Assembly: GCA_976226885.1 (NCBI GenBank)
Contig: OZ320318.1
Coordinates: forward strand, 79,112,001-79,176,000
Length of the DNA: 64,000 nucleotides
Source of the DNA: Iphione sp. A-MEVVRFRX5
Lineage: Eukaryota
Reading direction: 5' to 3'
Shown here: positions 1 to 11,141 of the stretch, piece after piece
Numbering within the stretch: the first letter of the stretch is position 1
Layout of the letters: every line of letters starts with the position of its first letter
Made by a program: the position numbers and the translations under genes
The notes under the pieces: generated by a model
The model's input: the letters and a program-made list of their open reading frames with translations, nothing else
Databases searched by the model: none
Told to the model about the DNA's origin: nothing

Positions 1-729
1 AGCAGGGAGTACAATCGCGCCATGTGCAGTAACTAACTCCTCCTGAATTACTCAACCTGCTGTTTGTAACGAGCCAACTGACGAGCTTCTAGCACTTAGA
101 TATATATTTCTGGACATCTCCTTAGACCTTCTTTTCTAGCCTAGAGTTGGGGGGTTGAGTCGAAGAAACGCCCACCATGGATGAATCACAGGACAAGGCT
201 GAAGTAAGCATGTTTTCATACTAATAAACTCCTACACGGTGAACAATAAAAAAAATACAAGCTTTACGTTAGTCTCGGGATACACGGGGGTCATGTATGC
301 ACATTCCATTGATTTCAAATCCATGAAACTGCTCAAGGCTTAATAATGATACAGTATTTTATTTCATCAGACAAGCCATTTAACTGTGTAAGTGCAATGG
401 CTTAGGTTAACGTATTGTAAAGATAGCATTCACTGTACATACCATTCACCATTGTCAGTTAGGTTAGTATTGAAGATCTGATTCACTCAACATACCATTA
501 ACACCCCTGGCAGAGCAGTCCGTTTCATCCTCTGGAAATGTAGCTTTTACGTGACGCAATGAATTATCAGCAGGGATTTTCTTCCATTCCTGTGTACTTT
601 CAGATTTACCAAATTCAATGATATGATCGACATTGTTTTATATTGTTTTCAAAGATATATTGTTGTTTTCAAAGATAAATTGTTGTTTTCAAAGAGAAAC
701 TCATAGAACGTATATAAAATTAAGTTATA

Positions 730-914
730 CACAAAGCCTCTAATCAGGGCACCCTTGGTTCTTTCTCAAACCATCCCTTATTGAGACATGCCCCTTTTGG
801 AAACTTCAAATATAGGGCAAGTAGAATTAATTCTTCACATAGGTGTACATATTTGAGACACGCCCCTATTGGAGATGTGTCCTTATGGTGGCTTTCTATG
901 GTGGCTTTCTACTA
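730..914. mobile_element. Tc1/mariner (pogo-like) MITE, degenerate copy of the 25554 family
   Basis: Shares aaagcctctaatcaggRcacccttgg, ttgagacatg and tggctttcYact blocks with 25554-25731. Confidence 0.7.
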
Positions 915-2500
915 TAGTATATTTGTGCGTATTCATATTATAACTGCTTCGTTCTTTTCCAATTGTGTATGGCATTCCGTTATTCATTCACACTTTAGAT
1001 TGTGTCTCTCACATTTTCTATTCAACTGTGTAGCTATTTCTCAATGGTATGTTGGATCCAGACATTTCCCTCCATCACGAAAGGCCTGTAACCCGCTATC
1101 AATGTGATTATATCTGTGTTTGCAGAATTGAGTTAGACTCCTCTTCGAGCATAGCGGTTGTCTATATCTCTTAGCGTAGCATTGCGCTAGCGTTCTCTTT
1201 GAATGCATTGGTAGCTTTGTCTTTTCAGCATAGAGCTATAGCCTCCTCTTCACACATAATGGTGAGGTACCTCGCTGTGTGTAATATTAAGCTAACCTTA
1301 CTGGCTTTCTAGCCCTGAGTGTGCAACATTGAACTAGCCTCCTCGTTGTATACACGGGAGGGGCTACCTCCCCAACGGTTGGACATTTGGGGTTGACTGT
1401 CTGTTTGGTGGTCATACTTCCTATCGTCAGGAATGGTAGAGGATGGGGTAAGGAGGGAAAGTTGAAGGACGGACAGAGTAATGGAAAATGAGGGAGATTG
1501 GGAGGGGTAGGGCATGGGTGGGTATAGTAAGTTGTGTGGTGCAGGGGAGAATGGGAACATTGGGAAATTGAAGCACGAAGGAAGGTATACCGGTAACTAT
1601 AAACCCTCTCTCAGATTTGCCGCACTATATTATAGTAGATCATAGATCTATATGATATGTTTTATCTAGCTTGGGAACCCAGTCCAGTGTGGGATGGAGC
1701 CAGGGTCTTATCCCTCTTGAAACGGTTTATTGTGGGTCAGTTAAGGGATTAAGATCCCTCTACATATTCCAATACACATGTAGGTCTTTGAGGGCCTGTG
1801 ACTCACTATTTTAGGTAGAGCGTAATAGTCTCTCTCTAGTATGCATGCATGTTTATGCAGTGGTATGGTTACTAGGAAGTACTTTCCTGCGGACAATGTA
1901 AAGAGTATGATAGGATCAGGATAGTAAATACAATGTAGAAGGTAAGGTAAGAACATGGCTACAAATGCAGGTATTCCGACAATGTAAGGGTGGCGGGGAT
2001 TTAACTATAATGGCTTTCCCCTAAGATAACCAAAGCACCCACAAACCCACTCTCTGTTTATCTACGTAGCCCACACACAAACACGGAACTACTTCGTACG
2101 TGACTAATTCAAGTCATCCATCCACCCAGAAACATACCCCTTCACACTAACTCTAGACCCATTAACCTGCAGTACACGTGGCCTGGTACGTTATCACCCA
2201 ACTTCACCACAATAAAACAAAGTTTTATCACCTTTTTGCAGACAAACATCACAGGGCATTAGGAGGAGGCGGTCATCTCGAAGTACGTAGTGAATTCCTT
2301 TATTTGTCAGTGATGACAAGGTGGTTTTGCAAAGAATTAACCTTCTAAACATACAAAACTAGTTGCTTCATCCATCAGTGACAAAGTGGTGTTAGGAGGA
2401 TGTAGTCCTCTAGATGCACGAGACCAATTCCTTTGTTTGTTATTCCAATAACAATATATAATGACATATATTTCTTTGAACAGAAATATATGCTTCTAGT

Positions 2501-2762
2501 AAAAGGCTGGGAAAATATAGGGTCCGTAGGTAGGTATTTTGTTTCTTTTTTTACTGTTAATGGGGCCTAAAAACACTACCACTTCTACTGCTTGGTTTTT
2601 ATTCAAACTTATATCAAGGAGCTAAGGAAGAAAACTTTATCTGGAATAAGTAGTATCTTAATTCATTTCCAATATTTCAAATAATCTTGAATCAAGTTCC
2701 ATCAGGACAAAAATACGGTCTGATCTGGTTACCAGAAACACAGATATTTTTCTAGGGCCTAA
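2501..2762. mobile_element. Non-autonomous DNA element, same family as 55697-56008
   Basis: Shared blocks ggaaaatatagggtccgtagggtaggtatttt and ggttaccagaaacacagatattttt...ggcct. Confidence 0.5.
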
Positions 2763-5099
2763 GATCTTACATCAACTTCTCCCCATTGTAAACAACATGC
2801 ATGTTAAACAATAGCAGTCCTTCAACCATACCTATGCATATTAATTAGGCAGGATGCCGATTCAGTCTGTGCGTGGATATGCTGGAGTTCCAATGAACAG
2901 AAATCTGTTTGTATCGGACACAAATCCTGTTAATCGGAAAGAAACTGGACAGGGAAAAGACGATATCTATGCGATGTCTTGGCAGAAGACCTTATCACGC
3001 AGAACATATTCAGCGGGAAACGAATTTTCAGGAGCTAAACAATATTGATTGAAAATGTTCATACATTCACACAAACACATACACCCTTCGCTTCCTCTGG
3101 TAGACACAAATACACATTTTTATGAAATGCACATGTATACAGATACACTTGGGACACTTAGATATGTGATACACTTAGCTATTTGTATTGATTTATCAAC
3201 ACATATGCAAATGTACATTCACCTCAATCAAACGCTTCATACCAACATATTTCCCGTGCATGGCGCCCCCGCCCACCCCCACAGATCGACCTCTACTTCC
3301 CTGAACCCTGCTGTACGCTCACCTCGACGTTTCACATACTCTGCCTGCTGGTCTGCCTCGTGACCTGCACGTGACACATGGTTCATAGTTCCTGCCTGAC
3401 CAGGCAGAGGTTGCCTTGTAGAGGGCAACCTCCGGGGAAGCGGTGGGGGGTTGCGACAGATTGAACTGCTTTGGTGGTACGTGGGGTAAAGGAAATACTG
3501 TAACTTTTACACGTCCAGTTATGACCCCGTGGATTCTATAGGCTCTTCTTCTTCCATTATCTTCCCGATCCAACACTCCTCTGTCTGCTTTCCACCTCCC
3601 CTCATTCAGTCAGATCATTACTTTTACCATTTTCACTAAAAGTGAAGCATGTGTAGTTCTCACGAAATTCTTGGGGACCAATTTATGAGTCATGCTATAA
3701 AAGCAAAACAATACTTAGGAACATTATGTATATTACTTATAAGAAAGAAATATGTGCGCCAAATATCCAGTAAAGATATAAAATAAGACATACAGTTTCC
3801 AGTTGTGAGGCGATCAAGGTCTACAATCTGAATCATACATATCTAATATTACAGATTATGTTAGCCTAAGCCCACATAGAAGAAACACCAAGGACTTCTA
3901 TGAACCAGTTACTTTCGTAAATAATATTCTGTTCGTTTTTTTAACATAAACTGAGCCGGATGTAACAAATGTTTTGAAAGAACACTGCTCGAGGTCCTTT
4001 CCACCTATCAACATCTACATCATGTTTATGTTATCTCCGCCGCTTGTGTCATTATATAATATAAACGGCCCGCAACCAATTAGGGATCGTAGATTTTATC
4101 CGTAGAATAGAGGCACGTGCATGGGCACCACTGTTGGCAGCAGTTTCACATATTATCTTCAACTATACTCAGATAAACATTTCATCATTTATTTCAGTGC
4201 AAGAAGGACATTTCTTTTGTGTTTGTGTCCAGTATTTACACCTCCATGGTGTAAGATTCCTCTTCCCTCTTTTAGTCCGATGTCTGTTTGTCTCTCTCAA
4301 GATAAGTAAATGGCAGTCTGTCTTTGTAATTTCTTTTTTTGGATCAGGTCCTAGATGTCTGCATCCGTCTGTCGTTGTGAGGATCTGGTATTACACTAGA
4401 TGTATGTCTAACTATCGTTCAGTATCAGGCAATAGATCAATGTCTCTCTGTCTTCCGGTGCTGGTTTTTGTTGTAAACTGTAAAATATTTGTCACTCTTT
4501 TTCTCATACAAGTATATTCCTGCTATGATTCTTGCTTGTATACCCGTATACGTCGTACTATATTTCCTTCCCCGATTTTAGTGCATAAAACAGTATTCAG
4601 ATAATTTATACAGTGGACGTCCATATCCGCCCAATGTGGCAATGGGGTGTTGGGGCTCCCTCGTATCAAGAGTAATTGGACCATCTCTGGTGGATGATTG
4701 GTCCCCCTTTTGCGGGGTAAGAATCTGTCATTAATGCGGGGAGGGGGTCGGTGAGGAGTGCATTTCCTTCCCTCTCTCCTGCTATTATTTAGATATATAA
4801 CCCTCTTCTTTCTCTAAGTCGTTTGAGAACTCTCCTATTATCTTCTGCACCCACCACACTCGCGTCCTCTGTGCTCCCTTCCTGTTCCTTGAAGCCTGAG
4901 GGACTTTCATTCGGCATCCTCTCCTTTCAGTACTGCTTGGGGTTTCAGTCCTACCCCACGCCCGTCAGTCAGTTCCATGCATATACCTGCCTGCACCTGA
5001 ATGTATAATTGATTACGATGTATAACCAGCATAATTAAAGAACAACCCCTCTTGTTTTTACAGAGTCTACGTTCGCCCAGCCCCCAGCACCGCTTCGAG

Positions 5100-6833
5100 A
5101 TGTCGACGACAGGCACGTCGGGCGTGAAGCTGGCCCAGGAGATCCACGACGAGTTCCTCGTCTGTAAGATCTGCCTGGAGGTGTACACCAATCCCAAGTC
5201 TCTCAACTGCCTGCACACGTTCTGCGAGCAGTGCATCGAGAACCACGTCATGTCGGAGAGCACCTACAAGAAGTACAGCGACTACCGCGAGTTCACCTGC
5301 CCGCTCTGCCGCAAGCGAACCCAGCTGCCGATAGGCGGCGTCAAGAAGCTGCCGGATAACTTCCTGGTGTCGAGTCTCTCGGAGGTGGTGGGCCGCCAGC
5401 GGCCGTCCAAGTTCCCTTTCTGCGATATCTGTAAGATGGTGAACCGCAAGCATCGGGAGGCCTCCTCCAAGTGTCTGGATTGCGCCAAGCTGCTGTGCAA
5501 GGGATGCGTGGACCTTCACCGACAGACGAAGGTGACCAAGAACCACAGCATCTTCGACGTGGAGATTGAGAAGGACATCGAGTGTAAGGAGCATGACGAG
5601 GAGGTGGTGCGCTTCTACTGCGAGCCTTGCGAGACGTGCATCTGCGTGCTTTGCACCTTCAACGAGCACAAGGACCACGAGATCTCCCAGTTCGGGGAGG
5701 CCGTCACCAAATACAAAGGCAACATCCAGAAGAGACTGGAGAGCTGCAAAGAGAAGGTGGCCAAGTTCGACAGTCAGATCGACCAGCTCAACAAGGCCGA
5801 GCAGCTCATCAAGCAGACCGAGCAGAGGATCCACGAGACGGCCATTCAGTTTATCTCCGATATTCGCGGGCGTGAGAAGCAGCTGATTGAGGAGTTACAG
5901 AATCTGTACGGCAAGGACATGATGGGTCAGCTGGACAGTCTGAAGGACATGACCTCGCAGGTCGACGGGCTCCGCAGCACTTGCAATCTGACCGAGGTCA
6001 TCCTGAAGGGCAAGGACATCGAGTTACTCCTGCTCAAGAAAGACGTGCAGGAGAAGCTCGATTCACTAGGCGCGGTCACTATCTGCAACCTGCCTGCCAC
6101 CATTTCGAAACAGGTCAACTTCCTGCCCGGAGAGATTGACCTGGGATGTATACAGGACATGGACCGGCCAATGCTGACCAAGATGAGGGCTAAGAAGATC
6201 AGTGGAGACGTCTCCGCCACCGGGAAGAAGGACGGTCCGCCCTCTATGGAAGAGATCGTCTTCAAGGACCAGACTACCCAAACGGACGCCCCCGAGAAGA
6301 AACAACCGGTCAAGAAGAAGATCACCAGGGGCGGAGGGGACAGCGACTCGGACACCGAGTCGGAGTCGGAGGACAGCGACGATGACGACGACGACGAGTC
6401 CGATAGTGAGTCGGAAGATGAGAAGCCGGAGACGGTGGAGAAGGGCGTGCAGACCGAACCGCCGCCGCCGCCCGCACCGTCGTCGTGCTCCGACAAGGGC
6501 CCCGGGGAGAAGACGGAGATGATCGACCAGTGCATCTACACCGACGAGATCTGCACCGAAGAGAAGGGGGTCAACACACGCTCGCGTAGTCTCCAGAACG
6601 CAGGCGCTGGGGCAAAAGACGCTAACGAGGACTCTCTGGCCGCCAGGAGGCGACGGCGTCGCGAGCGTGCGCAGTACGCCTCCCAAGGTGGGGGCAGCTT
6701 CAGCAGTTTCGACGAGGAAACCGACAAGCGAGCGGCTCCAGGGAGTGGCAGCAGTAACCGGCTTTCCTACCGCGGCAGTATAGATAACGACGACATGTTC
6801 TACGAGGTAGGCGAACAGAGCACTGCGTACTGA
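5100..6833 (+). CDS. TRIM (RBCC) E3 ubiquitin ligase, 577 aa, single coding exon; RING + B-box1 + B-box2 + coiled coil + acidic disordered tail
   Basis: C3HC4 RING CKIC...CLHTFCEQC...CPLC; B-box1 CDIC...CLDCAKLLCKGCVDLH...H; B-box2 CKEH...YCEPCETCICVLCTFNEHKDH; heptad-rich helix follows. Strong GC3 codon bias. The ORF track starts at TTG 5052, but that lies in a splice acceptor (ttgtttttacag, AG 5062-5063). First ATG is 5100 (GAGATGT). Confidence 0.95.
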   Translation: MSTTGTSGVKLAQEIHDEFLVCKICLEVYTNPKSLNCLHTFCEQCIENHVMSESTYKKYSDYREFTCPLCRKRTQLPIGGVKKLPDNFLVSSLSEVVGRQRPSKFPFCDICKMVNRKHREASSKCLDCAKLLCKGCVDLHRQTKVTKNHSIFDVEIEKDIECKEHDEEVVRFYCEPCETCICVLCTFNEHKDHEISQFGEAVTKYKGNIQKRLESCKEKVAKFDSQIDQLNKAEQLIKQTEQRIHETAIQFISDIRGREKQLIEELQNLYGKDMMGQLDSLKDMTSQVDGLRSTCNLTEVILKGKDIELLLLKKDVQEKLDSLGAVTICNLPATISKQVNFLPGEIDLGCIQDMDRPMLTKMRAKKISGDVSATGKKDGPPSMEEIVFKDQTTQTDAPEKKQPVKKKITRGGGDSDSDTESESEDSDDDDDDESDSESEDEKPETVEKGVQTEPPPPPAPSSCSDKGPGEKTEMIDQCIYTDEICTEEKGVNTRSRSLQNAGAGAKDANEDSLAARRRRRRERAQYASQGGGSFSSFDEETDKRAAPGSGSSNRLSYRGSIDNDDMFYEVGEQSTAY

Positions 6834-7127
6834 CCACCACCACCACCACAACAACACGACCACGACACAGAGTGGACGGACCGACGGACCTGCCTTGACA
6901 GATTCTACTGACAGACAGGGTGACACATCTGACATACGCATTCACACATAGGACAGTATATTGACAGACACATCGACAACCATACCGAAATCCTGACAGA
7001 AAGACAGAAGACAGTCACTCCCAGCAGCCTACCTACTTTTGTATTGTCTATACGCCATATGGTTTATCTCTTTCAAGAAAGCATGAAGGATATGTGAAAT
7101 ATTTTTTGTTTTTTTCTTAATTTCCAG

Positions 7128-7181
7128 GAGCGATGTATGCAAGTGACCAAGGGTGCAGTGGAGGAAAGCAGAATGATGTGA
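7128..7181 (+). CDS. Candidate alternative terminal coding exon of the TRIM gene (ERCMQVTKGAVEESRMM*)
   Basis: Phase-0 donor GAG|gtaggc at 6806/6807 inside the TRIM ORF. Long T-tract acceptor ttttttgtttttttcttaatttccag ends at 7127. Spliced frame is open to TGA 7179-7181. Confidence 0.4.
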   Translation, partial: ERCMQVTKGAVEESRMM

Positions 7182-7921
7182 TAAAGGAAGGATCAGTCTC
7201 AATAAGAGTTATAATCATTATCATCATAGACTGGGGAAAAACTGTAACTAGTTTAACTTATTGAAGTGTGTTATTTATCTTCCTATGTCAAACAGAAAGT
7301 ACCAAACCGCAAATACTCGTCCCTTAAAAAAGCAATGTTTGTATTGAATTTAAACCATTCTCAAGTATGGAAACTGTCAATAGGAAAGAAAACCTTGCAC
7401 TAAAAGCTTACAAAGCACATGTTGGACAGTGTTAGAACGTTCCTGGAGGAATTGTAAGCTATAATTGCTCAAAATTGTGTGATGATTGTGAGCAATCAAT
7501 TACCAAAGACTATACTGACGAATGTCCTCTGAACTGACTAGGCGATTTGCGCAGGGCATTTTCAGTTCTACGTGATACTGGAGACGTGAGGCTAAACAGA
7601 ACAATCTTCCGAGATCTCCAGAATAGAAAGGCTTGGTACCTGCCGAGCCCACTACAGGAACATAGTCCTCATCTAATCTTCTCATATTTATATTTGTTCC
7701 ATTCTCATCTCTATATAAAACTTTCACTCTCCTTTCTGTCTTCTGTATCTCTCTCTCAATTACTTTGTTTCAGTCTTCCATATAAAATGTGTGTGGTTCT
7801 CTTCTCGTCCTAGTTTCCCTTGATCTGTATCTCAGCTTTTAACATCTTTGCTTATTTAGAGCGGAGTAGACACCCCTAAGGTAATTTAGTCTTCAACCAA
7901 TAGCATAATATATTCCAACAT

Positions 7922-8150
7922 ATACCGGCGACCCCCCTCTATCGGACCCCTCCCTTCCGGAATATCACCGTTACCGGATGGAATCTGAATAACCAATGCT
8001 TTTTCTATTAAAATTATATTACTTAACCGGACCCTGCCTTTCCGTATTCGGACGAAATTTAGCTGCATTTTTGAGTGTTTAACATAGGAAATACAGCCAT
8101 TTAACCGGAGGCGACTTGTCAATGGATAGGGGTCTGTTTGAAGTACATAG
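7922..8150. mobile_element. Degenerate pogo/Tigger-like MITE
   Basis: Begins tataccggcgacccccctctatcggac and ends with ggataggggtc; weak inverted ends. Confidence 0.3.
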
Positions 8151-8315
8151 CGTCAGTTCCTCGGACAACACAGGACATCCGTTGACGCACAGAGTAACTC
8201 CATAACAAAGGGATTGGGTCGGGGACTTATGGTTACATAAGAGTGACGTGTGGGTGGTGACCCCCTAAAGAAGAAGACAACATAGATTAGAGAACAAAGA
8301 AATTGGAAGTATTTT

Positions 8316-8510
8316 GACATTTTCTCCATGGAATATGCCTCAATCTCCATGAATTTTGCCGTTTTTTGTAAAATTCTCCTTGAAATTTGCCGTTTTTGAC
8401 ATTTTCTCCATGGAATATGCCTCAATCTCCATGAATTTTGCCGTTTTTTGTCACATTCTCCTTGAAATTTGTCGTTTTTGACACTTTCTCCATGGAATAT
8501 GCCTCCCATA
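8316..8510. repeat. 82-bp tandem repeat, about 2.3 copies
   Basis: gacattttctccatggaatatgcc recurs at 8316, 8398 and 8480. Confidence 0.85.
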
Positions 8511-9849
8511 CTTTACCATTATGACAGTTTTCCCCACCAGGAGACGCATGGTGCGCAGATCGCCACTCCGGACCCCCTCCCAACCGGACATATTTTCGCA
8601 TTCCGCTACCCCTCCGGTTGAGGAGGGCCGTCGGTAGATGATTGGACATTGTTTTATCATAAAATCCAACGGTTATGTCATTGTCAGCCAGTCAGTCAGT
8701 TTGTATTGGAGATCACAATGTAGGTAAATAGCAAATATTATGTCACAGAGATTCTTGATGATACATTTGATTGTGATTCCATACACAATAATTGAAGCAA
8801 AGGATTGAAAGGCAACACAATGGATTTAATAGTAACAATAAAAAAGAATTCCTATCTCTACCTGTACAATCACCATTGGATATGCCATATGTCTCTAGGT
8901 CGAGTTCGAATGGTTAGAAAGGTACAGTATCTACCTTCATATGCATGATATTTTGAAGTTTAAACGTTATGTGGATCAGAGTCCAAGCTTTGTTAATACA
9001 ACTGTTCGCAAAGAGTCGTCAAATATATTTTGAACGATTTACTCTTCTTGGCTTGTTCTTTCGACTTCCCTTCCTCCGCCTCCCACGCACGGTTGCCTTA
9101 GTTACCGGCCAAAAAGGTTACGTAAAATAGGTCAGCCTCTGATGTGCCCAGTAAGTAAATTCTTGAAAAAATATTAATTAATATTAAGTTTTCAAAGAAT
9201 ATTTATTGTATCCTTCCAGATTATTGAAATGTATAATACCAATTCAAATTTATCATTTATGAATCATACTGGTATTGTCTTGATGTTAGATAAGTAAAAT
9301 ATTGTAGAACGTGAAGTCCGATGCTAATAAACCTACGCTGAAACCTCCATCCGAAGAGTAGTGATTCCTGTCGTGATCCAAGAAGTCGAGAAAGAATGCA
9401 TCTTTATAGTTGAAGCCAGCACCACCTCATGGTAGATAAATTAATCAGACTCAGTCGAGCTATCTGCCATTTCTCCGCTTGGTTATTTTTAGCCCGACTC
9501 CTGGTTGCCATGGAGAGGGGTATTCTAGGAGCCTGCCTCCTGGAAGAGGGAAATACGATCACGCCTCCCAACCCCCTGACAGCTGCTGCTGGTGCACATC
9601 GCAGCAACCCCAGCAGCCCTGCTCCCTACACATTTTAACTGGGCCCCACCCAAACCTGACTCAGACTGACCTTCCCTGAGTGAAAGCCTCCCCGTAGCCC
9701 TCTTTCCTCTACCTCTCCCACCCCTCACCCCCCTGGAATGCCTTCCTCACACGAGCAGGGCCCGTGGTAATCCTAATCTCCACGCAAGCCGTCGACGGTC
9801 TCGTTCTCCCGCCCGAGGTGGAATTACTGTTATTGTCGCGTCGCCTCTG

Positions 9850-9980
9850 NNNNNNNNNNNNNNNNNNNNNNNNNNNNNNNNNNNNNNNNNNNNNNNNNNN
9901 NNNNNNNNNNNNNNNNNNNNNNNNNNNNNNNNNNNNNNNNNNNNNNNNNNNNNNNNNNNNNNNNNNNNNNNNNNNNNNNN
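9850..9980. other. Assembly gap (131 N)
   Basis: Run of N. Confidence 1.
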
Positions 9981-10963
9981 TTAATGTCTGCAGGGGTTCT
10001 CGGGATGGAAACGGTTGTCGTCGAAACCCACGAGAGGCCGACACTGGAACACATTAGTCAGCCATCGTCCAGCAGGGGGAGCTGATAGTCACGGCGGCCT
10101 TGCCAAGTACCGCAAAAAAGACGATGGAAACGCATTGAAATGATGGTCGTAGGCTACACGAGTAGATTTGATGCATTGATGTATCGTAAGTGTATTGAGT
10201 AACTCCTTGGGTGAGAATGTGGTAAATGCTTTCCTAACTCCGGTTAACATGTAGTACCTTAAAAACTAAGGCATGTACCATCAAGTATATATCTGTCTCT
10301 TGTCGAAACTGCGATCCTTCGTGTTTGCCTATAACATCAGCTCAACGTCCGAGCAAACAGTAACGCCCGTAATAATTGTAACTGGAAATGTCCCTAGACC
10401 AAAATCAACCATGAACCGTGACTGCTACCGTGGATTCATGAACCCCCGCAGGTGGTCGAATGTTTTCATACTTCCGTACAAAAATTAGAGATAGAGCTAC
10501 ACATTATACTCATAAACAGATACATACATTGGAACCCCTCATTCTGGAAAAGATTCAGATCTGATTCTATTTAGGATTGTCGTCCTGGACAGGAACCTTT
10601 TAATAACATCACAATTCACAATAACGTCTCTTATTAGGACATCCCACATCATGGACAGGCTGGAGACAGAACCAAGTCTATATATTCATGTTTACACCTA
10701 CATGTATTACTGACATCAAACTTCATTGATAGTTTATGATCAGTACCTTTGCCATCCGTTCCACTGTATGAAGATAGTAGTTCTTACATACAGACAGACA
10801 TACACATATGCATGTATGTGTGCACATATATGCGTAATTAATATATGTATGCATAGCACTTTTACACATGGATTAATTTAACCATATAATTATATGTACA
10901 TGTACACAACCACAAATGTATGCATATACAGGTACGTAGTATATACATGTACGTACATACATA

Positions 10964-11141
10964 CAATGGAGTCTCTATTTGCGACCACCACTCTGTTCCA
11001 AGCTCAAATGGTCATAATGGTGAATTTGGTCATAAATAGGTTATCAAATGTATAGGAATCTATACTTTGGTTCCTATCTAAGATGGTCGTAATAACAAGA
11101 ATGGTCGGAAATCTATGCGGTTGCAAATAGAGACTCCACTG
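10964..11141. mobile_element. Tc1/mariner-type MITE, 178 bp
   Basis: TIRs CAATGGAGTCTCTATTTGCGACC / GGTTGCAAATAGAGACTCCACTG, flanked by TA on both sides. Confidence 0.85.

Noticed and set aside
5052-5099. TTG start for the TRIM protein given by the ORF track
   Set aside because: Overlaps a polypyrimidine/AG acceptor; this is eukaryotic DNA and ATG 5100 has good context.
5100-6833. TRIM gene nested in an intron of the NCF1-like gene
   Set aside because: The last identifiable NCF1-like exon stops at 16317; no - strand exons were recognised beyond it.
5067-6941. Long antisense ORFs (5067-5834, 5927-6535, 6066-6941) over the TRIM gene
   Set aside because: Shadow frames expected from the GC3-biased sense CDS; no domain-like content.
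9421-9640. Downstream TRIM exon encoding a missing NHL/SPRY domain
   Set aside because: The phase-0 frame after the acceptor near 9492 stops in 11 codons, and no such domain motifs appear between 6.8 and 16 kb.
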